From an uncultured Acidimicrobiaceae bacterium (GTDB taxonomy: Bacteria > Actinomycetota > Acidimicrobiia > Acidimicrobiales > RAAP-2): 64,000 nt of DNA. The stretch covers positions 55,442 through 119,441 of the forward strand of contig CAWFPQ010000009.1 in NCBI GenBank assembly GCA_963817875.1. The letters are read 5' to 3'. The notes beneath the pieces were generated by a model. It ran no database searches and had not been told where the DNA came from. It was given only the letters and a program-made list of their open reading frames with translations. The translations under genes and the position numbers were made by a program. Below, piece by piece: positions 1 through 9,463 of this stretch; the stretch's first letter is position 1; every line of letters starts with the position of its first letter.

Positions 1-1241
1 GTCGGGTCCCAGGGGGCGAACGGGGCGATCATCGCGTTCACGTACTGGTGGGTCCCTTCGAACAGGGGAACGGCTTGCGCCACCCACACGGCTCCGACGC
101 CGGCAGCGACGCCGAGGATGCGGGCGCGGTACCGCTCGACCGCCACCAGGAAGAAGGGTGCCCAGGCGAGAAGCATCGGCGCCACCGTCCACTCGAAGCG
201 CCCCGCGAGCGCCGCACCGCCGAAGGGCACGTCGGTGGTGAAGGTGCCGTTCACGAGGATCATGAGGACCGAACCGGCAACCGTCGCGCCCACGGCCCAC
301 GGCACCGTGCGACGGGCCGCCCACAGCCCGAGCACACCGAGGAGGATCGTCGGAACCTGGATCAGAAGGCCCTGGTCGCGGTCGAACACGAGGGCAAGGA
401 GCCGGGTGACGCTGGTTCCGGTGAAGGTCGGATGGGGCTGGGGGAGTCCCTCGGGATGGCCGTAGAAAAAGAGGTTGTAGCCGAGGAGCAGCCCCCAGCC
501 GGCCAGCACCACGGCACCCATGACGACGAGCGTCCGCCTGGACCCGCCGAGACGCACGATCACGACCGCGGCGGCCGCAGCGACACACAGGGCGGGGAGG
601 AGGTTCTTGATCTGGAGCCAGGGCTCGGCCGCGAGCGCTCCCGCGACGACGGCGGCACCGAACGGGCTCAGCACCCGTTCACGCTCGACGAGAGCGACCT
701 CCACCAAAGCGGCCGCCAGGAGAACGCCGCTGACGAGGTCGGGGTAGACCTGGGTCGAAGCGACCCACAGTGCCGGCGCTCCCAGAGCAAGGGCGAACAC
801 GATGCGGCCGGACCGCCCGAGCCGCGCCACGCGTGAGCCCCGCTGGTGGATGCAGACGGCGCCGAGGGCGACGATGGCAAAGAGCCCGAGTAGGCCGAGG
901 GGGACGTTGCCCACGGCGACGAAGGGCGCCAGCAGCAGCGGAAGTCCCAGTCCGTGTGCGAACACCGAGCCGTGGGGACCCGGGTACGTCTGCACGACGT
1001 GCAGGTTCGACACCGTCGCGCCCGCAGGCCAGTTGTAGACGTAGTGGGCCAAGAAGTCGCGCTGGTACCACGGTCCGGGGTGCACGCTGCCGTGCGCCAA
1101 GGCCTGCGCGGCGATCAGGTAGTGGGCCTGATCGCCGCCGAGGTCGTTTCCCTGGGAGCGCAGGAGGAGGAAGGCGACGATCTCACCGACGACGATGAGC
1201 GCGGCGGCGATGCAGAGTCGTCCCCAGCGCACCGCGGGCAC
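1..1241 (-). CDS. Integral membrane protein, ArnT/PMT-like (GT-C type) glycosyltransferase candidate; 3' end runs off the window
   Basis: Not in the ORF track because its stop lies outside the window. My translation of the minus frame (codon starts with position mod 3 = 2) is open from about 1241 (GTG) to position 1. It gives a hydrophobic multi-TM sequence (...VPAVRWGRLCIAAALIVVGEIVAFLLL...GDQAHYLIAAQALAHG...HGLGLPLLLAPFVAVGN...EGTHQYVNAMIAPFAPWDP). The GDQAHY..A..L..G motif after TM1 resembles the DExxY loop of PMT_2/ArnT enzymes. Confidence 0.5.
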   Translation of the reverse strand, partial: MPAVRWGRLCIAAALIVVGEIVAFLLLRSQGNDLGGDQAHYLIAAQALAHGSVHPGPWYQRDFLAHYVYNWPAGATVSNLHVVQTYPGPHGSVFAHGLGLPLLLAPFVAVGNVPLGLLGLFAIVALGAVCIHQRGSRVARLGRSGRIVFALALGAPALWVASTQVYPDLVSGVLLAAALVEVALVERERVLSPFGAAVVAGALAAEPWLQIKNLLPALCVAAAAAVVIVRLGGSRRTLVVMGAVVLAGWGLLLGYNLFFYGHPEGLPQPHPTFTGTSVTRLLALVFDRDQGLLIQVPTILLGVLGLWAARRTVPWAVGATVAGSVLMILVNGTFTTDVPFGGAALAGRFEWTVAPMLLAWAPFFLVAVERYRARILGVAAGVGAVWVAQAVPLFEGTHQYVNAMIAPFAPWDP

Positions 1242-1310
1242 CGTCTCGTCCGATGGACTCGGCGGCCGCCGGGCTGGGCGGCGGGCGTGGCGCGGCGGGT
1301 TCACGCCGGA

Positions 1311-1523
1311 TCAGTCGCAGCAGGAGTCGCGCCACCCGCACACGGCACATCGGAAGTGCGCGTGTTCGGGCTGCATCCCTCCGCCGCACCGGGGACACTC
1401 GGCGAAGGTACCGAGCGGCGAGCGCTCGGCCTCCGACCCGGCCGCAGGTACCGCCGCCCCTGGCTCCCGGCTCCCGGCGGCCTCGACCGGCGGGCCACCG
1501 TCCGGTCGGCAACGGAGGGGCAT
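1311..1523 (-). CDS. Small zinc-ribbon protein (CPRCG...CAVCG)
   Basis: 70-aa ORF ending in two CxxC pairs (CPRCGGGMQPEHAHFRCAVCGWRDSCC). It lies directly upstream of, and co-oriented with, the membrane protein gene. The start is uncertain. Confidence 0.4.
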   Translation of the reverse strand: MPLRCRPDGGPPVEAAGSREPGAAVPAAGSEAERSPLGTFAECPRCGGGMQPEHAHFRCAVCGWRDSCCD

Positions 1524-1602
1524 GGTTCGGCGAGGGTACCGCCCGGAGGGTCGAGAGCGGCGTATGCCCTGCAGCTCCGGGGGCCGATCAGTGGTCCGTG
1601 AC

Positions 1603-2508
1603 TCAGACGACCGAGAACGGCGGGATGTCCGAGCCGATGCCCGTGAACAGTTCTCCCTTGGCGGCGATCAGCTCCGCCGGCGTCCACCCGCCGTCGCGAG
1701 CGACGGCACCGACCGGCTTGAAGGCGCTCATGACGTGGACGTTCCCGCCGAAGACCACGAAGATCTGCCCGCTGATGTCCGCCGACTCGGGCGCGGCCAG
1801 GAACCCGACCACGTTCGCGATGTTCCGTGGGTGCCAGGCGTCGAAAGCGCCCTCCGGCGCGTTCATGTCCATCGACATGGTCTCGGTCATGCGGGTGCGT
1901 GCCCGGGGTGCCACGGCGTTGGCGGTCACGCCGTAGCGGCCGAGCTCGCGTGCCAGCACCCAGGTCATCGACACGATGCCTGCCTTGGCCGCGGCGTAGT
2001 TGGCCTGCCCCGCGCTTCCGAACAAACCGGACTCCGAGCACGTGTTGATGATCCGTCCCGACACGTCCTCTCCGGCCTTGGCGCGGGAACGCCAATAGAC
2101 CGCGGCGTGATGGGCCGTCGAGAAATGACCCTTGAGGTGGACGCGGATCACGTCGTCCCAGTCGGACTCCTCCATGTTGAAAGACATCTTGTCCCTCAGG
2201 ATCCCCGCATTGTTGACGAGGATGTCGAGAGAGCCGTGGGAGTCGACGGCCTGTGCGACCAGGCGTCCGGCACCGTCCCACGAGCTGACGTCGTCACCGT
2301 TCACCGAGGCGACGCCCCCCGTCGCCGTGATCTGGTCGACGACCTCCTGCGCCCCTTGCGTGTCCCCTCCGCCTTCGCCGTGGAGCCCGGCGCCGAGGTC
2401 GTTGACGACCACCGCCGCGCCCTCCGAGGCCAGAAGGAGGGCCTCCTCACGGCCTATGCCCCGCCCCGCGCCCGTGACCACGGCCACCTTGCCGTCGAGC
2501 AATCCCAT
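1603..2508 (-). CDS. Short-chain dehydrogenase/reductase (SDR family oxidoreductase)
   Basis: N-terminal Rossmann motif VAVVTGAGRGIG, NNAG, and a YAAAKAG catalytic Tyr/Lys motif. A GGAGG RBS lies upstream of the ATG. Confidence 0.9.
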   Translation of the reverse strand: MGLLDGKVAVVTGAGRGIGREEALLLASEGAAVVVNDLGAGLHGEGGGDTQGAQEVVDQITATGGVASVNGDDVSSWDGAGRLVAQAVDSHGSLDILVNNAGILRDKMSFNMEESDWDDVIRVHLKGHFSTAHHAAVYWRSRAKAGEDVSGRIINTCSESGLFGSAGQANYAAAKAGIVSMTWVLARELGRYGVTANAVAPRARTRMTETMSMDMNAPEGAFDAWHPRNIANVVGFLAAPESADISGQIFVVFGGNVHVMSAFKPVGAVARDGGWTPAELIAAKGELFTGIGSDIPPFSVV

Positions 2509-2526
2509 CGTGTCGCCTCCTGTGTC

Positions 2527-2727
2527 TCAGATGTCGAATGTCGCCCAGTTCGCGTGCTTGTCGGCCGCGATCGCTCGGTTGTCGGGCCGGCCGGTCGGGT
2601 GCTCCGTCCGTGCCGAGGGCGCAATCGGGGCCCGTCCGCTCCGCAGCAGGCGGCATTCGAGCCGCCCCGAAGCGGCACAGAGTGTGGCCGATGTCGGGAG
2701 GCGGGGCAAAACGTCCCAGTCCGCCAT
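2527..2727 (-). CDS. Hypothetical small protein (66 aa)
   Basis: It fills the gap between the glycerate kinase stop and the SDR start on the same strand. Third-position GC is high. There is no recognisable motif. Confidence 0.25.
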   Translation of the reverse strand: MADWDVLPRLPTSATLCAASGRLECRLLRSGRAPIAPSARTEHPTGRPDNRAIAADKHANWATFDI

Positions 2728-2736
2728 CGGCCCTCG

Positions 2737-3783
2737 TCAACTCCGCTCGGTGGTCGTCCGCCCCAACCCCAAGGTCGGGAGGCCCACCGCCTCCGTCGTC
2801 ACGAGCCGGACGAACTCGAGCGTCTTGGCGCGGGCGTCGGCCCGACCGAAGCGCTCCGTCAGGCTGACCAGCACCATGCCCTCGGGCGGCTGCGCCACGA
2901 GCGCTCGGTCCGCGCCGCCGGCGATGCACAGCACCGGAACCGGGGGTTCGACTTCCCGGGCAAGGGCCAGGACACCACCGGGGACCTTGCCGTCGAAGGA
3001 GGGAGGGTCCACATGGCCCTCACCGGTGACGACCAGGTCCGCCCGCCGGATGCGCTCGGCCAGGCCGGTGAGCCGGGCGACGAGATCGAACCCTGGCTCC
3101 ACCCGGGCGCCGAGCGCGAGCAGCCCGCCGCCGAGGCCCCCCGCGGCGCCCGATCCCGGCACGGCCGTGACGTCGATGCCCGTCTCTCGGCGGTACTGCG
3201 CCGCGAGGCGGACCAGTCGCATGGTGAGGGTGGAGATCTGCTCCCGGGTGGCCCCCTTCTGTCTGCCGAAGACCCTGGCCGCGTCGGTGAAGGCCGTGGT
3301 GACGTCGCAGGCGATGGTGACCTCCACGCCGGCGAGCGCAGCAGGGGAGCCGACCACTTCGTACGCGCCACGTCCACCGTCGGTGGTGGCGGACCCGCCA
3401 CACCCGACCACGATGTGCCGAGCACCCGCATCGCGTGCGGCGAGCATGAGCTGGCCGACGCCGGTCGTCTCGGCGCGCACGGCGTCGTCGCCGCGTGGCC
3501 GTGGGAGGAGCGCCCTCCCGGCGGCGCGGGACATCTCCACGACCGCCGTTCCGTGGAGCATCCGCCACTCGGCCTCCACCGGCTCTCCCAGCGGGCCTGT
3601 CACCACGGTCGTGCGGATCTCACCGCCGAGCGCGTCCAGGAGGCCCTCGCCGCCGTCCGACATGGGGGCTTCGTCCGCGGTCCATCCCGACCGCCGCGCC
3701 GCGTCCCCCACGGCGGCTGCCACCTCCGCGGCCGTGACCGTTCCCCGGAACTTGTCGGGCGCCGCGACGAGGTGGGGGCTCAC
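2737..3783 (-). CDS. Glycerate kinase
   Basis: Typical N-terminus (VAAPDKFRGTVTAAEVAAA...), an MSDGGEG motif and a C-terminal GEG..D.QS..GK-like segment (VVTGEGHVDPPSFDGKVPGGV). Confidence 0.9.
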   Translation of the reverse strand: MSPHLVAAPDKFRGTVTAAEVAAAVGDAARRSGWTADEAPMSDGGEGLLDALGGEIRTTVVTGPLGEPVEAEWRMLHGTAVVEMSRAAGRALLPRPRGDDAVRAETTGVGQLMLAARDAGARHIVVGCGGSATTDGGRGAYEVVGSPAALAGVEVTIACDVTTAFTDAARVFGRQKGATREQISTLTMRLVRLAAQYRRETGIDVTAVPGSGAAGGLGGGLLALGARVEPGFDLVARLTGLAERIRRADLVVTGEGHVDPPSFDGKVPGGVLALAREVEPPVPVLCIAGGADRALVAQPPEGMVLVSLTERFGRADARAKTLEFVRLVTTEAVGLPTLGLGRTTTERS

Positions 3784-3924
3784 ACAGCGAAACTACGTCG
3801 ATCGCGGCGGGGCCGGTCGATTGTGCCCGGGCCAGGCCCGATCGGGTCGGGGCCCGCCGGTCGGTGGCGCGGATCGTCACCCGCACACGTTCCGAACGAG
3901 TTGGTGTTGTTAGCGTGACGGTTC

Positions 3925-4851
3925 ATGCCCACCTTGCGAGGCGCTCTGCGGCGCCTGCGCGGCCAGCCGCCTCCCGTACCGGGGGTCGAGCAGTGGCGCG
4001 GGCTCTCGGGGCGCCCCGCCACCGACGTGCTCGACTTGATCTACGAGCTCGTGTTGGCCCGCGAACCCGACCCCACCGGGTCGCAGAGCTACTTGAACGG
4101 ACTGCAGACCGGGGCGATCACGCCACAGGAGCTGACGGGTTGGGCCGTGGCGTCGGGGGAGTGGTGGTCGGTGACCCCCTTCCGCGGCCTCGGACAGTCG
4201 CTCCATTTCAGCCGCATGATCTTCGTGCGCTCACTGCCTGCAGGCCGGCGCATCCTCGACCTCGGCGGCACCGCCCTCGGCAACGCCACGGGCGCCCTGG
4301 TGCTCATGGGGTACCCCTACGAGTTCGACGACCTGGTGGTGATCGACCTGCCGTCGGAGGAGCGCAACGAGCTGTACCGCGAAGCAGATGCACACCAAGT
4401 GACCCGGACCAAGCTCGGTCCGGTGCGTTACCGGTACCACTCCATGGTCGACCTGTCGGAGTATCGAGACGACTCGGTCGACCTCGTCTACAGCGGGCAG
4501 TCGATTGAGCACGTGCCACCTGACGTCGCCGACACCGTGCTCTCCGAGGTGCGCAGAGTCCTGCGCCCCGGCGGGTACCTGGGCATCGACACCCCCAACG
4601 CCCGAGTGACCCGGCTCCAACAGCCCGACTTCATCGATCCTGACCACGAGTACGAGTACACCGACGCCGAAATGAGAGAGAAGCTGGCAGCGGCCGGATT
4701 CGAGATCCTCTCCGGCTCGGGGCTGAACCATGCCGGTCCGAGCCTGTCGACCGGCCGGTTCGACGTCGACCAGGTCGCGACGGCCCGGGGCATGTTCCAC
4801 GAGATCGCCGATTGCTATCTGCTGGCTTACGTGTGTCGGGTCCCGGACTGA
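3925..4851 (+). CDS. Class I SAM-dependent methyltransferase with N-terminal DUF4214-like segment
   Basis: The N-terminus LIYELVLAREPDPTGSQSYLNGL is the DUF4214 signature. It is followed by ILDLGG... and VLRPGGYLGIDTPN methyltransferase motifs. Confidence 0.8.
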   Translation: MPTLRGALRRLRGQPPPVPGVEQWRGLSGRPATDVLDLIYELVLAREPDPTGSQSYLNGLQTGAITPQELTGWAVASGEWWSVTPFRGLGQSLHFSRMIFVRSLPAGRRILDLGGTALGNATGALVLMGYPYEFDDLVVIDLPSEERNELYREADAHQVTRTKLGPVRYRYHSMVDLSEYRDDSVDLVYSGQSIEHVPPDVADTVLSEVRRVLRPGGYLGIDTPNARVTRLQQPDFIDPDHEYEYTDAEMREKLAAAGFEILSGSGLNHAGPSLSTGRFDVDQVATARGMFHEIADCYLLAYVCRVPD

Positions 4852-4983
4852 ACTGTCCGAACCGGGATGCGGGGGAGCGTGGGCGAGAGTGCCCGAGCCT
4901 CGAACTCCGTGCCAGAACGCGGGCTCGTCCGGGGAGGAGGCCGCGGGTGAGATCTCGGATAGCGCCCGGTTCGTAAAGCTGGC

Positions 4984-6162
4984 ATGGGACTTCGGCTGTT
5001 CGAGCTCCTCGAGCGACGGCGTCGCCGGCGCGCGGTGGTCGCCCTCGTTCTGTCGGTGGTCGCCGCCTTGTTTGTCGGTCTGGGGCAGCCACGCACAGCT
5101 GATGCTTCGGATGCCCAGGGGGCCGCGCCGGCGGCGCTCGTCGATGGGTGGCAAGTGGTTTCGGTCCCCATCCCGTCCGGCAGGCATTCTTCGCTCGCGG
5201 CGGTGAGCGGTGGGTCTGCCCGCGACGTGTGGGCTGTTGGTGAGTCCTTGTCCAAGTCGGGGAGCCGCCTTCGGACTTTGACAGAGCATTTTGACGGCCG
5301 TGGCTGGTCGGTAGTGCGAAGCCCGAACCTCGGTGGAGCGTCCAGCCTCTCCGGTGTCGCCGAGCTCTCAGCCGACGACGTCTGGGCCGTTGGGGCCGGC
5401 TCCTCGACGCTGGGCAATGTCCCGATGCTGCTCCACTGGGACGGCATTGCCTGGAGACTGGTCGCAGGCGCAGTTTCGTCGGCCGGCGAGCTCCGGGCGG
5501 TGTCCGGCACTTCGTCTCGGGACATCTGGGTGGTCGGGTCGGCCACGGTCGGCTCGAGCGAGGCGACCCTCATCGAGCATTTCGACGGCACGAAGTGGAC
5601 GATGGTGCCGAGCCCGACGCCCGACGGCGCCGACCAATTGTCCGGGGTGGCAGCAGTCACTCCCACGGACGCATGGACGGTCGGCAGCTCAGTGTCCAGC
5701 ACTCAGGCGTCGCACACGCTGCGCGAGCACTGGAACGGCAAGGTGTGGACTGCAGTTCGGGTGAACGATGAGGGCAGCGAGCTGGACGCTGTCGGGGCCA
5801 GCTCCGCCGGAAACGTGTGGACCGTCGGCGTAGGAGCGTCGATTCAGGACAGCCTTGGTGAGCACTTCGACGGCACTCGTTGGGCGGTGGTGCCCACACC
5901 GACGCCCTCGGTGATCATCAACTCCCTGGTTGGTGTGTCGGTAGTCTCACCCCTGGCGGCATGGGCCGTTGGCGCCTCCTATCAGCATGGTCTCCACCAG
6001 GTCATCGACCACTGGGACGGCACCACCTGGCAGAGTTCATTCTTCGGTGACCTCGGCCGTGTCGCCGCAGTCACCACCACCCCAGGTGGAGGTGACTGGG
6101 CCGTTGGCATGAGCGGGACCGGCTCGTTGACAGCAACACCTTTCGCGGCCTTTCACTCCTGA
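4984..6162 (+). CDS. Secreted/anchored repeat protein, probable beta-propeller (EHWDG..W...V repeats)
   Basis: N-terminal Arg-rich segment plus a hydrophobic helix (RRRRRRAVVALVLSVVAALFVGLG). At least six readable repeats follow, of the form L.EH(F/W)DG..W..V..P......L.GV...S..D.WAVG. Confidence 0.75.
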   Translation: MGLRLFELLERRRRRRAVVALVLSVVAALFVGLGQPRTADASDAQGAAPAALVDGWQVVSVPIPSGRHSSLAAVSGGSARDVWAVGESLSKSGSRLRTLTEHFDGRGWSVVRSPNLGGASSLSGVAELSADDVWAVGAGSSTLGNVPMLLHWDGIAWRLVAGAVSSAGELRAVSGTSSRDIWVVGSATVGSSEATLIEHFDGTKWTMVPSPTPDGADQLSGVAAVTPTDAWTVGSSVSSTQASHTLREHWNGKVWTAVRVNDEGSELDAVGASSAGNVWTVGVGASIQDSLGEHFDGTRWAVVPTPTPSVIINSLVGVSVVSPLAAWAVGASYQHGLHQVIDHWDGTTWQSSFFGDLGRVAAVTTTPGGGDWAVGMSGTGSLTATPFAAFHS

Positions 6163-6317
6163 AGAAACGCGGTCGCGATCTCGACGATTGCGTGGGGATC
6201 GAGCCGCTCGGCCACTTCACCTTGGGTCCCACACGTGGGCATCAGCCGAGCGGACAGCGGCGCAGCTGGGTTCGTGAGTGTTCGGACGGACCGCGATGAT
6301 CCGCGGCATCACCCGGG

Positions 6318-6401
6318 TGCGGGCGAGAGGACTCGAACCTCCACCCCCTTTCGGGGACCGGGACCTAAACCCGGCGCGTCTGCCTGTTCCGCCACGCCCG
6401 C
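6318..6401 (-). tRNA. tRNA-Leu (anticodon TAG), type II with long variable arm
   Basis: Hand-folded as follows.
- Acceptor stem GCGGGCG/CGCCCGC
- Anticodon stem CCGGG/CCCGG with loop TTTAGGT
- Variable arm CCCC-GAAA-GGGG
- T arm GGAGG-TTCGAGT-CCTCT
- Discriminator A

CCA is not encoded. Confidence 0.9.
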
Positions 6402-6519
6402 AGCGGTTCTGACGAGGGACTCTACGTGAGGATGCCGCGGGTCCTGATCGGAGCGTCACCGTGCCGTCGATCGAAATGAAGTCGATCCATGATCCTGAGA
6501 TCCGGAACTCATTCTTGGT

Positions 6520-7992
6520 TTACGGCGAGGAGCGCTCCGCTCGGCCTCGGGCTGCTGCGTGGCGGCCGGCGCGTCGGCCGAAGAACGACCCGTCGCCCAG
6601 GCTGATGCCGCTGGCGTAGTGGTGGGCCGCGAGGCTCGCGGCCGTCCGGCCGACGGCGTAGAGACCTGAGATGCGATGACCGCTGTTGTCGAGCGCAGCG
6701 CCGTCGGCGTCGGTCGTGAGGCCGCCGAGCGTGAAGGTGGCGTAGATCGCGCCGCGGTCGACGCGCAGGTCGATCGCTCCGATGCCGCTCGCCGGCGGCA
6801 CACCGATGGGCTGCAGGAACGGGGCACGTTTGTGGAACGCCGGGTCGTCACCCCGGACCGCCGACTCGTTGTACTGGCGCACCGTTCGCGCCAGAGCCTC
6901 GGGCGGAACGTCGAGGTCGGCAGCCAGTTCCTCCGGAGTGGCCGCGGCGTGACCGACGCGGAGTCCGACGAGGTTCGACTCGTGGATCACATCGTCGGTG
7001 ATCATGTAGACGAAACCGTCGTGGTCGTGGAGGGCATGGAACCCGATGCGGCCGGTGTAAGCATCCTCGTTGATGAACCGCTCGCCGTGGCGGTTGACGA
7101 GGATCCCCCGTGCGAGACGATGGGGTGGCCCGAGCGGCAGCGCACACTCGAAGGCGTCGAGCCTGGCCGTCGCCGCGCCGGCGCCCATACCCATGCGGAT
7201 GCCGCGACCGTCGTCGGTCGGCGTGCCGATCCGCCAGGCGGCGTCGGGCACGTGGGCCAGCGGGCAGTTCTCGGCGACCATGTCTTCGTTGTGGATGAAC
7301 CCGCCGGTGGCCAGGACGACTCCGCCACGAGCCCGGATGACCCGGGTCCCTTCGTCCGTACGCACGGTCAAGCCGACGACGTCGTTGCCCTCGACGACGA
7401 GCGTCTCGACGAGCCCGTCGGTCACCACCCGGGCGCCGCTCGTCGACACCGCGGCCCCGAGGCGCTCCATGAGGAAGCCGCCCGCAGAGTCGGCGAATTG
7501 CGGCTTGTGACCGCGCGGCGCCGGGACGGAGATCTCGTCGAACGGGTAGGTGTCCTCACCGCCGCTGTAGAGCAGCCCGGCGTCGTCGCCCGATTCGCGG
7601 TTCGGCTCGTCGCAGAACGCCGCCCGGAAAGGCACACCGACGGAGACCAACCAATCGAAGTGGTCCGGCGAACCCTCGCAGTAGACGTTCAGGCGATCGT
7701 CGTCCACGCCGGGCCCGAGCGCGGCCCGGAGGAACGCCGCCATGTTCTCCGGCGAGTCCTCCATGCCGCAGGTGTTCTGCAGGGCGGTGCCGCCGCCCAG
7801 GTAGATGAGACCGCCGGAGTGGGCTGACGTTCCTCCCGGTCCCGCTGCTCGTTCGACGGCCAGGACGTCCGCTCCGGCCCGGCGCGCCGCCACCACCGCG
7901 CACGTCCCGGCGACGCCGAGGCCTACGACGACCACGTCGACGGTCTCGTCGAAGCGAACATCTTTGACTTCGACCGCCGGGATCGGCTCCAT
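6520..7992 (-). CDS. FAD-dependent oxidoreductase, 3-ketosteroid-delta1-dehydrogenase/fumarate-reductase flavoprotein-like
   Basis: Dinucleotide-binding motif DVVVVGLGVAGTCAVVAA, with GGTSAHSGG downstream. I moved the start to the ATG at 7992 (MEPIPAVEV...) because an AGGAGG RBS precedes it. The track ORF starts at 8061. Confidence 0.85.
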   Translation of the reverse strand: MEPIPAVEVKDVRFDETVDVVVVGLGVAGTCAVVAARRAGADVLAVERAAGPGGTSAHSGGLIYLGGGTALQNTCGMEDSPENMAAFLRAALGPGVDDDRLNVYCEGSPDHFDWLVSVGVPFRAAFCDEPNRESGDDAGLLYSGGEDTYPFDEISVPAPRGHKPQFADSAGGFLMERLGAAVSTSGARVVTDGLVETLVVEGNDVVGLTVRTDEGTRVIRARGGVVLATGGFIHNEDMVAENCPLAHVPDAAWRIGTPTDDGRGIRMGMGAGAATARLDAFECALPLGPPHRLARGILVNRHGERFINEDAYTGRIGFHALHDHDGFVYMITDDVIHESNLVGLRVGHAAATPEELAADLDVPPEALARTVRQYNESAVRGDDPAFHKRAPFLQPIGVPPASGIGAIDLRVDRGAIYATFTLGGLTTDADGAALDNSGHRISGLYAVGRTAASLAAHHYASGISLGDGSFFGRRAGRHAAARGRAERSSP

Positions 7993-8117
7993 TTGCCTCC
8001 TTGGTTCAGGATGAGACGGTAGACCGCCCGATGGTGCGCTTCCTTCGTCCACCCGCGCCACGTCATGTGCGAGCTGCCCGATGCGACGCCCAACTCGACG
8101 CTGGGTTCGCAGGCGCG

Positions 8118-8513
8118 TCAGGACCAGCCGAGCTCGCGGAGACGGGATTCGCGGATGCCGAAGTGGTGTCCCACCTCGTGGAGCAACGTGACTCTCACCC
8201 GATGGGCCAAGTCTTCGGTCGTGTGGGCGGACTGACAGATCGTGGCCAGGTACAGCGTGATCCGATCAGGCGTCACCCCGGCATACCCCGTCCGACTCGT
8301 CAACGGAATCCCCTCGTAGAGGCCGAAGAGGGGACCTGGGGGGCTCTCGTCATCGATGATGATGGCGACGTTCTCCATCTCCGAGCGCAGCTCGTCGGGG
8401 ATGGACGCCAGCGATTCGGCCACCAGGGCTTCGAAGGTGTCGATGTCGACCGGCTCCAACTCAACTTCCTTCCCGGTGATCGAACCGTTCTGACTCGGAG
8501 GGACGGGCGACAC
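8118..8513 (-). CDS. Zinicin-like metallopeptidase family protein (DUF1025-type)
   Basis: HEVGHHFG zinc-binding motif near the C-terminus, and a size of about 130 aa typical for this family. Confidence 0.85.
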   Translation of the reverse strand: MSPVPPSQNGSITGKEVELEPVDIDTFEALVAESLASIPDELRSEMENVAIIIDDESPPGPLFGLYEGIPLTSRTGYAGVTPDRITLYLATICQSAHTTEDLAHRVRVTLLHEVGHHFGIRESRLRELGWS

Positions 8514-8566
8514 GCCACGGCGCGGGCGGGGACAGTGTCAACCTAACGTGGGATGGGAGGTTCCCG

Positions 8567-8863
8567 ATGACGCTCGAGCTCGAAGCCAATGAGAGCGGCC
8601 GCCTCTGGTCGGAGGATCCACAAGCCTGGAAGCGGTTGCTCACTCCTGAGGGTTGCCCCATGTGTGGCGAGGACGCGCACCCCGCTGGGATCCACGGAAA
8701 TACGGTTCCGCATCTGCACATGCACCTCTTCCCGCGGACGCCCGGTGACGTCCACGTGGGGTACCCGAACCACTGCCGAGCCCGTTTCGAGCGGACCGAC
8801 GAGGAGATCGCCCTGATGCGCATGGCCGTCAGGGAGCAGTTGTCGGGGCGACTCGTCTTCTGA
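8567..8863 (+). CDS. HIT-family-like protein, apparently internally shortened
   Basis: Histidine-triad motif HLHMHLFPR preceded by CPMC. Only about 20 residues separate the two elements, so the central part of a normal HIT fold seems to be missing. Confidence 0.45.
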   Translation: MTLELEANESGRLWSEDPQAWKRLLTPEGCPMCGEDAHPAGIHGNTVPHLHMHLFPRTPGDVHVGYPNHCRARFERTDEEIALMRMAVREQLSGRLVF

Positions 8864-8914
8864 CGGGCCGGCCCCGTGAGAGCCGCGACCGGCCGGCGGG
8901 AGACCACGACGACG

Positions 8915-9268
8915 TCATCGCGGGTGCCTCGAGCCGACTGTTCCACTGGGCGAAGGCCACTCGTACATCAGGCACTCGTCGGGGGAAAGCCCGTTCCATT
9001 GCCGGAGAGCTCGATTGAGGAGTTCCGAGACCGAGGAAGCCTCCCCGGCATTCCACCGCTGAAGATGCTCTCCGGCCAGGTTCTCCGCACCGGCGAGTTC
9101 CTTGCGGTGTTCCGCAATCAGGGCTCGGCCTGGCCTGGTCCTCCGGCGACCTGTGCTCCGGAACGTCGCGCCCTTCGAAACCAGCTCCCAGAAACCGTCC
9201 CGATAGCCGGTTGCCGCCTCAATGACATATTGCGCCAGGTCGTGAGGGAGCCCCTTCGCACCCGCCAT
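8915..9268 (-). CDS. Hypothetical protein
   Basis: Non-repetitive sequence from MAGAKGLPHDLAQYVIEAATGYRDGFWELV.... The upstream part of the track ORF (to 9595) overlaps the VOC gene and looks non-coding. The start is uncertain. Confidence 0.35.
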   Translation of the reverse strand: MAGAKGLPHDLAQYVIEAATGYRDGFWELVSKGATFRSTGRRRTRPGRALIAEHRKELAGAENLAGEHLQRWNAGEASSVSELLNRALRQWNGLSPDECLMYEWPSPSGTVGSRHPR

Positions 9269-9463
9269 CACGGTTCCGGGGATTCTCGTTCGCTTTCCGC
9301 GCGTCGCCTTCCAGGCGGATTGCGGTCGTCCGTGCGATTCCAACTTGTAGAACTCGACCCACACGATCAAAATCGTACGGGTCGTCAAGCCTGCGGCCGG
9401 CGACGTGGAGAGCCGCAGATCACGGGGAGCGATGGTCACCGTGGCCCTGACAGAATCCGGGAC

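Noticed and set aside
48-1198. Plus-strand ORFs 48..836, 118..465, 770..1198, 954..1601 and similar
   Set aside because: They are extremely Arg/Pro/His-rich with no motifs. They are antisense to a well-behaved multi-TM protein frame on the minus strand.
1195-3918. Very long plus-strand ORFs 1195..3918 (907 aa) and 2132..3913 (593 aa)
   Set aside because: They are antisense to the SDR and glycerate kinase genes, which have clear motifs. Their composition (R, G, P, A) is typical of open antisense frames in high-GC DNA.
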